Source: Thermoplasmatota archaeon (GTDB lineage: Archaea; Thermoplasmatota; Thermoplasmata; Halarchaeoplasmatales; Halarchaeoplasmataceae). Taken from it: a stretch of DNA of 39,293 nucleotides. The translations under genes were made by a program, and so were the position numbers. The stretch is from positions 1 through 39,293 of the forward strand of contig JAGXLF010000007.1 in assembly GCA_018334835.1 (NCBI GenBank). Direction: 5' to 3'. This document shows positions 28,161 through 36,921 of this stretch, piece by piece (positions within the stretch are counted from its first letter, which is position 1; each line of letters begins with the position of its first letter). The notes beneath the pieces are model-generated. The model did no database searches and had not been told where the DNA came from. It saw only the letters and a list, made by a program, of their open reading frames with translations.

Positions 28161-28180
28161 AACTATTGTTTACATGGTGA
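27900..28180 (+). ncRNA. Predicted omegaRNA (right-end RNA) overlapping the tnpB 3' end; 5' boundary approximate
   Basis: Established TnpB architecture; GC-rich structured tail (GGGCAACGGTCAGCTTGCCC hairpin) running to TGAC 28160. The guide would begin AACTATTGTTTACATGG at 28161. Confidence 0.65.
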
Positions 28181-28266
28181 CAGACCTAGGGAGTAAATTG
28201 GTGAGTACTTAACTTCAAAAATCAAAAATGTTATTTATCTCACTGAATATGGAGGAGGGAATAGTT

Positions 28267-29403
28267 ATGCAGGATGAGGAAGCTACTGAAGAAGAATTCA
28301 CTGTTACGCCCTGGGAAGTGGAAGGTAAAATCGATTATGAAAAACTCACGGAAAAATTCGGAACCGAAAAAGTAGATGAGGAACTTTTATCGGGGATTGA
28401 AGATATAGCGGGTGAAACCCATTTCATGCTCAGAAGAGGGATTTTTTATTCCCATCGGGACTTAGATTGGATCCTAGACGAGTATGAAAAGGGTAATGAA
28501 TTCGCGCTCTATACTGGTAGAGGTCCATCAGGGCATACTCACGTAGGTCATCTGATGCCTTGGATTTTTGCAAAATGGATGCAAGATAAGTTCGATGTGG
28601 AAATGTTCTTTCAACTTACAGATGATGAAAAATTTTTATTCAAATTTGAAAATACGCTTGAACAGACACATTCATATGCTCTTGAGAATGCAAAGGACAT
28701 CATAGCGTTAGGGTTCGATCCGGAAAAGACACATATCTTGATCGATACGGACAATATCGATACTCTATACCCGTTAGCTTTAAAGGCGGGAAAAAGATTG
28801 AATTTTTCTAATGTTAAGGCAGTTTTTGGTTTCGATAATTCAACGAACGTGGGCAGTATCTTCTATACTGCTGTTCAGTCCGCTCCTTGTTTTCTTCCGA
28901 CAGAGTTGAATGAAAAAGATGTACCAGTACTGATACCTTGTGGTATAGATCAGGATCCTCATTTCAGACTGACTAGAGATATCGCTGAAACTATAGGTTA
29001 TCTAAAACCAGCACTGCTCCATAACAAGTTAGCCCCTTCTTTAGATGGAACCGGCAAAATGTCTGCTAGTCAACCTAAGACTACAATATTCACCACCGAC
29101 AGTCCAGAAGATGTAGATGAGAAAGTTAACGAGGCTTTCACAGGGGGTAGAATTTCTGCAGAAGAGCAGAGGAAGAAAGGAGGTAACCCCGACATCTGTG
29201 CTATACAGAATTATAGGTTTTTCATCTTTGAGTCCGATGATGAGAGAGTCGATGATATAGCGAAGAGATGCAGGAATGGTGATATACTTTGTGGCGAATG
29301 TAAAGGACTTCTAAAAGAAAATATCAATGACTTTTTGGAGAAACATCAGAAGAAAAGAGAAAAAGCCAAAGATAGGTTAGACGAATTCCTTTTCGATGGA
29401 TGA
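28267..29403 (+). CDS. trpS: Tryptophan--tRNA ligase
   Basis: FTVTPWEV, YTGRGPSGHTHVGH, IPCGIDQDPHFR, KMSAS, AFTGG, CGECK. ATG 28267 follows GGAGGAGG. Confidence 0.96.
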   Translation: MQDEEATEEEFTVTPWEVEGKIDYEKLTEKFGTEKVDEELLSGIEDIAGETHFMLRRGIFYSHRDLDWILDEYEKGNEFALYTGRGPSGHTHVGHLMPWIFAKWMQDKFDVEMFFQLTDDEKFLFKFENTLEQTHSYALENAKDIIALGFDPEKTHILIDTDNIDTLYPLALKAGKRLNFSNVKAVFGFDNSTNVGSIFYTAVQSAPCFLPTELNEKDVPVLIPCGIDQDPHFRLTRDIAETIGYLKPALLHNKLAPSLDGTGKMSASQPKTTIFTTDSPEDVDEKVNEAFTGGRISAEEQRKKGGNPDICAIQNYRFFIFESDDERVDDIAKRCRNGDILCGECKGLLKENINDFLEKHQKKREKAKDRLDEFLFDG

Positions 29404-29532
29404 CTTCTCTGTAAGCCAGTATCCTCACCTTGTATGCGAGCTTGAATAATCTATAAATAGGGGTCCCAATATAGTCACGCTTACTGGTCAAGAAATGAGA
29501 TCTATATACTCTCTAATACAGGGGAAATAACT

Positions 29533-32500
29533 ATGAGTTCTAGGTTGCTTGGAAGTCTAACTGCAGGAAAGAAGAAACCCTCCTCTGGCCCTTCGTGGCT
29601 TGAGAAACACTGGGATACCACAGTAGTTCTGTTGGGTATATTCATAATTGCGATGATGGTGAGAGCCTATTTCGCATATGAAACCGCTACAGAGTTTGGG
29701 CTCCCTTATCTGTTAGGAGGAGGAGCTGATTCACACTATAATGCTAGGATAATAAATTATATCGCTGAATATAATGAACATCTTTTCACTGATCCACTAA
29801 GAGCTTACCCTTTAGAAGGAAAAGTGAATACTCGACCTCCACTTTATCAATGGTCCATTGTCTTAGGTGGATATTTACTTCTACCATTTGTCGGTAATCT
29901 AGACAAGGCGATTAATCACTCCTTCATACTTTCATCTGCGTTTTGGGGCGCACTTACAGTTTTCCCTATTTACCTTATAGGTAAGAGGACTTTTGGGAAA
30001 AAAGCGGGGATCGCTGGAGCATTCTTGTTAGCAATAAGTGCCGCCCATCTTGAAAGAGGTGTTTTAACGAATACAAACCACGACGCGTTTTCGATGTTTC
30101 TGATCGTAACAACGTTCTTCTTCTTCATGCGTTCATTAGAGGAGATCACAGCTGGTAGAAAATGGGTTTCAGACTGGATGAAGCTTGACGAAATAAAAAA
30201 AGGTCTTTCTCGATATTTAGGTTCAAACAAGAAGAGTATGCTTTATGCCGCTATGACGGGTATAACGACAGGCGCTATAGCTTTAACATGGAAAGGTTAC
30301 TCGTACGCGGTGGTTATAATATTAGTCTATTTTCTGATCCAGTTGTTTATAGATAAATTCAGGGAAAAGGATTCATTAGGGATCACTGTAAATATCTTCA
30401 TCATCTTTATGATCGCTTTTTTGATAGCTCTTCCATGGTATGCAATGTATAGTCCTAAGATTTTGACAGATTGGTTTAGCTGGCCTTTGAATAGGTGGTT
30501 CCAAGTTCCATTCATAATATTCCTAGGAACATTTGGGATAGGTGTCTATTTTACCGTTACTAGAGATCTTCCCTGGCTTTTAACTTTCTCTATAATTATC
30601 GCTGCAGGAGTAATCTTCTTCACTTTAGGACCCGATGTTATTCAAACTGCCGCAGGTCAGTACTTTATAGAGAATAAAATGTATGCCACTATCGCTGAAG
30701 CCCAGCCACCTATGTTTAGCAGGTTGGTCCTCGCCGGAGGTCTCGCAACGTTTTTCCTATCCTGGGTAGGGATCGCTTTGGCAGCCTGGCATCTGAGAAT
30801 CGAGTGGACACGTTCATTCGTCTTCATATTGATTTGGACTGCATTTGCAATTTATATGACGACCACGGCTGTCAGGTTCATCTTCAATGCCGCACCTGCT
30901 TTTGCACTCACCGCTGGTTGGGTATTAGCGCTTGTGTTCGATAAAACTGGGTTCGATGAAATCGGAAGATATTTTAGAAGGCGTAGAGGAAGTGTGTTGA
31001 TCAGGATAAAGGAAGGAGTTAAGATAAAACATGTATTAGTCACACTGCTGATTGTATTTCTGCTTCTCACACCGAATGCCCTTTACGCTATAGATGCAGG
31101 AATTCCTTACGAAGAGAAGCAAAGGTACGAAGAACAGATTTATGACACCCTTCCCAGTTTTTTAAGACCTCCCGATTACAATCCCGAAGATGGCGGTTAT
31201 CATTACTTAGGCGCTTTTGGATATACTATGGATAAACCTACTGAGTATTGGCCTACGGCATGGGAGGACCTAAGACAGCAAAATAAAGATATCCCCCCGG
31301 AAGAGAGACCTGCGTTCCTGAGTTGGTGGGATTACGGCTTCGAAGCTATGAATCAGGGTGAACATCCTACTGTAGCAGACAACTTCCAGCACGCCCACAG
31401 GTTTGCAGGTAACTTTTTGATGGCTCAGAACGAATCAGAGATGATGGCTCTACTTGTAGGAAGGCAGCTTCAATTACCTTACAGTGAAGAGGGTGGTTTC
31501 GAAGGTAGAGTAGAAGAAATATTGATAGAACACATAGGGGAAGAAAAAACGGAGGAACTAGAAGATATTTACAGGAATCCCGCTTCTTATCGTAATGAAG
31601 TCCTTTCCAATCCTGATAGATATCATCCTAGAGCTGACGATATTGATAACGTAAATATCCGTTGGGCTATGGTCATGGGTACTTTGTCATATGAAAATCT
31701 AGATACGTTGTCATCACTTTATAGGAGCATAAGTTTTGATTCTGGCTATGAGAGGCTCGAGAACAGGATCGGTTATTTCGCTGTGGACTCGAGAATGTTT
31801 CCGACCTCCGCTAGAGATACAGGTATTTTCCACGCTCCTGCTTTCCTTTCAGGACATAGAGTTGATGAAAGTGGTCGAGGGAGAGTACCAATCGATTTCT
31901 ACAAGATGGTATTCGTTGACCAGCAGGGAAGAACATATGAAAGTCAGGAAGAGATTCCACAAGATGCACAGATAGTCGATCAGAGGATAGAATTTCAGCC
32001 GATGTTTTATAACTCGGCTCTATACAGGATTTTTGCAGGATACAACTTGGAGGAAATTGGGGAAGAAAAGGGTATTCCAGGTATCGATAATCAGGACAGT
32101 CAACGTAGTCGTCCTCGTGATCAACCTAAAGAACCTAAACCAGGATGGAATTTTACCCACTTTAATGAATTCCATAGAACAGCTTACTTCAACCCTTATC
32201 CTAGAGATGAGGTGCAGAATCATACTGATGCCTGGAGAGCGATGCCCTATAGGGAGGCAATCGAGTACGCTAGAGATGAAAATGTAACAGTTGACTTGAG
32301 CGGTCGGTCCTATATGGGGCAGGGCGTCATATTCTTGAGATATTTTGATGGGGCGATATTAGAAGGTCAAGTTAGAACTGAAGACGGAGAACCGATCCCT
32401 AATGCTAAAGTCACCGTTTTGGACACGAACACTAGTGGACGTTACCCCACCCCTCAACATACCTCTCGAACTGATGAGGATGGTAGATATAGAGCTATAC

Positions 32501-35500
32501 TTCCTGAAGGAAATATCACTGTGATGGTTTCTACTGGCGGTGATGGTGAAGAAGTAATCAAACAAGAACAGATAGTGTTAGGTAGTGAGCAATTCGAAAT
32601 TAATGAGGAACAGGCGATGAGAAGGAGGACAGACAAAGATGGTGACGGTAGGTGGGACTATCAACTTGAAAAAGATTTTGAAGTCCAATCCGGCCAAATT
32701 TCTGGAAAGGTCTTCTTGGATAGAGAGGGGACCGGTGAATACGATGAACAGAACGATACTGTAGTATCCTCTGTCGGTGAGGTTAGAATGAAAAACGAGT
32801 TTTCAGAGGTTAATTATGCTCTCGATATTGAAGATGGGAACTATGAATTTGACCGAGCCATACCTGGAATATACACGGTAAATACGACAATCCCTGGAAG
32901 CGAGAGCTCCGAAGGTGTAGAGGTGAACCCAGGAGAGAAGACTAATAGAGATATTCCTGTCTCTACAGGGAATATCACAGGATCTGTAAATTTTGAAGAA
33001 GAGGGATTGGAAGGAGAAACAGTTACTCTCTCCTTGAGAAGCATGGATAGAACCAAAGATGTAGTGCTAGGAGAGATGAGGAACTTCAAATTTGAGAACA
33101 TTCCTCCTGGAGAGTATACCTTGGAGATAGAGAACGAGGATTATACCCTCAGCCAAGGACCACAAGTTATAGAGATGGTAGAGGGCGAATCTATAGAGCG
33201 TTTCGTCACTGTGGTTAGTGCTCATAGAGTTGAAGGAGTGATCAAAGAAGGGGGAGCAAGGATACCTAACCAGAGGTTGAATATCTTTACGAAGGAGTAT
33301 GACAGAGATATCATAACCGATGATGAAGGTGAATTCAGCATAAAATTGCCTAGAGGGCACTACAACATATATGGGGTTAATCGCCAAGGAACAGAGGTCT
33401 CCGCATATCTAGATGATGTATTGGTGGAAGGAGATATTGCGAATTACGAGGGCGTGTTTGAGGATGCTCACAAGTTGAGTGGAACAGCCGAATATAAAGA
33501 ACAGGGTGCCGATAAAGCAGAGATATTCGTGATAGATGGTTCAGGATCAGAATATCATATGACTACCAATCAAGAAGGAAGATTTAGGGCTTATCTGCCA
33601 GAAGGTCAATACACCGTTTATGGATGGAAACAGTTTGATCCTGAAACTGATCTTGAGTATAGTCTCTATTTCTGGAGAGAGGGATATCTCAATTTCGATA
33701 AGGATAGAGATGTCACTTTAGAAGCCTCATCAGCATCTATTCTCCGAGGTAAGGTAGTTAGAGATACATTGCCAGAAGAGGGTATATTTGCGGAATTAAA
33801 AGTGGAGTCTGAAGATAGAACTTTAAAAGCCTCTACTACGATCGATGGCGAATATCAATTGTACCTCCCTGAGGGAGAATGTACCTTCACGATAGAAAAA
33901 TATGGTTACCATGAATGGACTGAGACTATAGATCCTTCAGAAGAAGATTTGGGCGATGGAGGACAAATCCCCCTTAACGCGAGAAACGTGACTATTGAAG
34001 GGAATCTTAATCTAGGTGATCATGCAATCGATAAAATGACAGTTGAATTCATACCGGATGGACATGGAGCCGTTAAGAAAGAAAAGACATTTTACGAGAA
34101 CAATTATACGGTTGAACTTCAGCCTGGGAGTTACAGAATATACGGAGATCACTTTGGAGACGGCGACGAGGCAACAAAATACAATATTTCTGATTCGCTA
34201 ATTATTAGGCCGGAAGATGAACATATCGAAAAAGACCTTGAGATCGAATACAAGGTTAGATTAAGAGGAAAGATAACACCGCACGAAGATGAAACCCCTT
34301 CTGCTGACATTTATTTCCAAGGACCTGAAAATAAAATGATATCAGCAAACGAGTCTTATGAGATATATCTTAAAGAGGGCGATTATTCCGTCCGAGCTAT
34401 TCACCCAAGAGGGATTTCCGCCGTGCAAAGAAATCTCACTTTAGAAGGACATAATGAGATCGATTTGATCTTAGGGGGAACGACCCGTATTGATTCCAAT
34501 ATCGGTGGTCCGCCTGGAGATGAGATCGATGTTCGATTCAAAAATGTTGAATCAGGGTATGTGATAGATACATCTACTGATGTCGATGGAACATTGGACC
34601 TCAATATCTCTCATGGCGAATATGAGGTGACTGTCAATCATAGAACAGAAGAGGAGATAGATGGAAAGACTAGAGATGTGCTTTATCATCTTGATAGAAC
34701 TGTTGAGGTTCCTCCTGTACCTTCTCTAAATTTAGACAAGCGTATATTGAACTCGACCTTGAGCGGTACTATAAGAGTAGGGGAAGAGCCGGTAAAAGGT
34801 GGAGAAATTGAACAGCTTAAGATACGATCAAAGAATGAGGTATACTCTCCCGAAGTCGATGATCAAGGTGCCTTTGAGATCGAAGAACTTGTCCACGGAA
34901 ATTATACCATCTACATATCTGCCTGGGCCGGTAACTCAGATTATGCGTATTTTGAGACTTTTGATATGCCTGCGGAGGACAATCATCTTGAAATATCTTT
35001 AGAAAAATCAGTGATCTTCTCAGGGGACGTTTACATAGATGGTGATTCAGTAGAGACCGAGTTGGACTTGAGAAGAGGCAAAGCCCATAACACTTTCCAG
35101 ACAGAAAAAGACGGTTCCTTTGATATATTCTTACCGAGAGATAGATACCATTTGTATATAGAGGCTACTAAAGACACCGAATTCGGGCTGACTAGCTATA
35201 CTCGCTCTCAGGAAATTGATATAAAAGATTATACTTACAGAGACATCGAACTAAGTAAAGTGAAGGAGTACAGCGTGGATATAAACGGTATGGAGAGCAA
35301 GACAGCTTCTAGAGGAGAAGTCGTTGAATACACTGCTCAGATAACGAATACTGGCAATGCTCCTGATGAATATGAGTTTTCCATAAAGGGTGCCGACTGG
35401 GATGTTTCGATCTATCCCGAAAAAACTGATACGATCGGTCCAGACAAATCAAAGTATATCGAGATAGAAGTAGAAGTGGGTGAAGATGCAAACGTCGGTG

Positions 35501-36066
35501 ATTCAGTTACCTTGGTTGCCAGTTCACCGAATTTAGACGAAGTGGAAGAAAAAGAGATTCCACTCCAAGTAAAACAACTATTCGGAGTGCGTATTTCAGA
35601 AGAGATCAAAGATAGAAAGTTTAGATCAAGGGAATTGAACTACTCCGTAGAAATAGAGAACATGGGAAATGGCCCCGACACATTCCAGATCGAAATCCTT
35701 AATAGAGAAGAACTGAAAGATTATGGTTGGGACGTTACTGTGGCAAACCAAACAAACGAAATAGAAGCACAAGAAACAGAATCGATACAAGTGAGTTTGA
35801 ATTCAATATCACCCAGTCCAAGAGAAAATGTTGAGATAAAATTGAGGGTGACCTCGGAAGGAGACGGCTCGGTATATGAGGAAAGGACCATCAGTGCTTC
35901 AATACCAAAACTAACTGCCTATGAAGAAGATATCAAGTTCGAAACAGAGAGTTTCAAACTCGAAGAAGAACCTATCATCACCCTCAGTAATTGGCAGTGG
36001 GGCGGGATAATAATACTTGTTTCGCTCGGTGCTCTTTACATCTTGAGAAAGAAGAGGTGGATATGA
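29533..36066 (+). CDS. aglB: Oligosaccharyltransferase AglB/STT3 with a ~1200-aa C-terminal beta-repeat extension and terminal TM
   Basis: Multi-TM N-terminus, GADSHY, NHD, TIAE, WWDYG, ADNFQ. Then repeated carboxypeptidase-regulatory-like units (TDEDGRYRAILPEG, TDDEGEFSIKLPRG, TNQEGRFRAYLPEG), two NTGN/NMGN..D Ig-like units and a TM plus basic tail. Confidence 0.88.
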   Translation: MSSRLLGSLTAGKKKPSSGPSWLEKHWDTTVVLLGIFIIAMMVRAYFAYETATEFGLPYLLGGGADSHYNARIINYIAEYNEHLFTDPLRAYPLEGKVNTRPPLYQWSIVLGGYLLLPFVGNLDKAINHSFILSSAFWGALTVFPIYLIGKRTFGKKAGIAGAFLLAISAAHLERGVLTNTNHDAFSMFLIVTTFFFFMRSLEEITAGRKWVSDWMKLDEIKKGLSRYLGSNKKSMLYAAMTGITTGAIALTWKGYSYAVVIILVYFLIQLFIDKFREKDSLGITVNIFIIFMIAFLIALPWYAMYSPKILTDWFSWPLNRWFQVPFIIFLGTFGIGVYFTVTRDLPWLLTFSIIIAAGVIFFTLGPDVIQTAAGQYFIENKMYATIAEAQPPMFSRLVLAGGLATFFLSWVGIALAAWHLRIEWTRSFVFILIWTAFAIYMTTTAVRFIFNAAPAFALTAGWVLALVFDKTGFDEIGRYFRRRRGSVLIRIKEGVKIKHVLVTLLIVFLLLTPNALYAIDAGIPYEEKQRYEEQIYDTLPSFLRPPDYNPEDGGYHYLGAFGYTMDKPTEYWPTAWEDLRQQNKDIPPEERPAFLSWWDYGFEAMNQGEHPTVADNFQHAHRFAGNFLMAQNESEMMALLVGRQLQLPYSEEGGFEGRVEEILIEHIGEEKTEELEDIYRNPASYRNEVLSNPDRYHPRADDIDNVNIRWAMVMGTLSYENLDTLSSLYRSISFDSGYERLENRIGYFAVDSRMFPTSARDTGIFHAPAFLSGHRVDESGRGRVPIDFYKMVFVDQQGRTYESQEEIPQDAQIVDQRIEFQPMFYNSALYRIFAGYNLEEIGEEKGIPGIDNQDSQRSRPRDQPKEPKPGWNFTHFNEFHRTAYFNPYPRDEVQNHTDAWRAMPYREAIEYARDENVTVDLSGRSYMGQGVIFLRYFDGAILEGQVRTEDGEPIPNAKVTVLDTNTSGRYPTPQHTSRTDEDGRYRAILPEGNITVMVSTGGDGEEVIKQEQIVLGSEQFEINEEQAMRRRTDKDGDGRWDYQLEKDFEVQSGQISGKVFLDREGTGEYDEQNDTVVSSVGEVRMKNEFSEVNYALDIEDGNYEFDRAIPGIYTVNTTIPGSESSEGVEVNPGEKTNRDIPVSTGNITGSVNFEEEGLEGETVTLSLRSMDRTKDVVLGEMRNFKFENIPPGEYTLEIENEDYTLSQGPQVIEMVEGESIERFVTVVSAHRVEGVIKEGGARIPNQRLNIFTKEYDRDIITDDEGEFSIKLPRGHYNIYGVNRQGTEVSAYLDDVLVEGDIANYEGVFEDAHKLSGTAEYKEQGADKAEIFVIDGSGSEYHMTTNQEGRFRAYLPEGQYTVYGWKQFDPETDLEYSLYFWREGYLNFDKDRDVTLEASSASILRGKVVRDTLPEEGIFAELKVESEDRTLKASTTIDGEYQLYLPEGECTFTIEKYGYHEWTETIDPSEEDLGDGGQIPLNARNVTIEGNLNLGDHAIDKMTVEFIPDGHGAVKKEKTFYENNYTVELQPGSYRIYGDHFGDGDEATKYNISDSLIIRPEDEHIEKDLEIEYKVRLRGKITPHEDETPSADIYFQGPENKMISANESYEIYLKEGDYSVRAIHPRGISAVQRNLTLEGHNEIDLILGGTTRIDSNIGGPPGDEIDVRFKNVESGYVIDTSTDVDGTLDLNISHGEYEVTVNHRTEEEIDGKTRDVLYHLDRTVEVPPVPSLNLDKRILNSTLSGTIRVGEEPVKGGEIEQLKIRSKNEVYSPEVDDQGAFEIEELVHGNYTIYISAWAGNSDYAYFETFDMPAEDNHLEISLEKSVIFSGDVYIDGDSVETELDLRRGKAHNTFQTEKDGSFDIFLPRDRYHLYIEATKDTEFGLTSYTRSQEIDIKDYTYRDIELSKVKEYSVDINGMESKTASRGEVVEYTAQITNTGNAPDEYEFSIKGADWDVSIYPEKTDTIGPDKSKYIEIEVEVGEDANVGDSVTLVASSPNLDEVEEKEIPLQVKQLFGVRISEEIKDRKFRSRELNYSVEIENMGNGPDTFQIEILNREELKDYGWDVTVANQTNEIEAQETESIQVSLNSISPSPRENVEIKLRVTSEGDGSVYEERTISASIPKLTAYEEDIKFETESFKLEEEPIITLSNWQWGGIIILVSLGALYILRKKRWI

Positions 36067-36875
36067 TGGATGCGAAGAAGTTTACAGTATCGGTAAGCAT
36101 GCTTTTACTCCTATCTATGTCATTATTAGCCGGGGTCCAAGTATCAGAAGGAGCACGAGAGAGTCCTAGAATAGACCCAAGAGTGGTTGAAGGTCCAGAT
36201 GAATTGTTCGTGAATGAAACAGAGACCTACAGGATAGAGATAGATGGATTCTTTTTGGCGAATGGAAAGAAGGTAGAAGCCAATGAAGCCGATAATTGGA
36301 GTCTGACAACAGAAAGTAATCTACAGACCACCATAGAGCCTCTAGAACAAGAAAGTACAGATAGTAATATTTTCAACGTTACCGTCACCGTACATGAAGA
36401 AGGTAAAGGGCATCTGAATTTTATAGCCTACTGTAGTAAAAACGGTCAAGTTTTTTATTCAGAAAGAGAGTTCTCTATTGTATCTGAGAAACCCGAAAGC
36501 ACTTCTGTTCGAATAAAAAATCCTACAGACACTCATATAGAGGAGATGAGAGTCGGTCTCTACATAGACGGTAACCTCAAAACTACCCAAACCCTCAGTG
36601 ATATGGGTCCCGAAGAAGAAAGACAGATAACTTTCCAATGGTCCAAACGGGGGATTGAACCTGGAGAGCATACTATAGAAATATGGGCTGATTATAGTTC
36701 TGCAGAAAATGAAGATTTTAATAAACAATCAATGATCATGAGTCGGACCTTTCAGGTCGAAGAGGAAACGAGCAATCTTATCTATGCGGGCATAATAGTG
36801 GCAGTGATGGGGGCGGGATCCTTGATATTCTTCTGGTATAGACGCAGAAGGAAGAAACGAAGAAGGCCCTGGTGA
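36063..36875 (+). CDS. Secreted, C-terminally anchored surface protein with a CARDB/Ig-like domain
   Basis: Start moved to ATG 36063/36066 after GAGGTG, overlapping the aglB stop. Signal peptide, VGLYIDG...ITFQW...PGEHTIEIWAD, TM, tail RRRRKKRRRPW. Confidence 0.8.
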   Translation: MMDAKKFTVSVSMLLLLSMSLLAGVQVSEGARESPRIDPRVVEGPDELFVNETETYRIEIDGFFLANGKKVEANEADNWSLTTESNLQTTIEPLEQESTDSNIFNVTVTVHEEGKGHLNFIAYCSKNGQVFYSEREFSIVSEKPESTSVRIKNPTDTHIEEMRVGLYIDGNLKTTQTLSDMGPEEERQITFQWSKRGIEPGEHTIEIWADYSSAENEDFNKQSMIMSRTFQVEEETSNLIYAGIIVAVMGAGSLIFFWYRRRRKKRRRPW

Positions 36876-36892
36876 TCTGAATACTCTAAACC

Positions 36893-36910
36893 ATATTTTT
36901 TTCTTTTTTA
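36893..36910. terminator. T-rich tract between convergent genes
   Basis: ATATTTTTTTCTTTTTTA after the stop at 36875. Confidence 0.5.
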
Positions 36911-36921
36911 CATCTAGGTTT

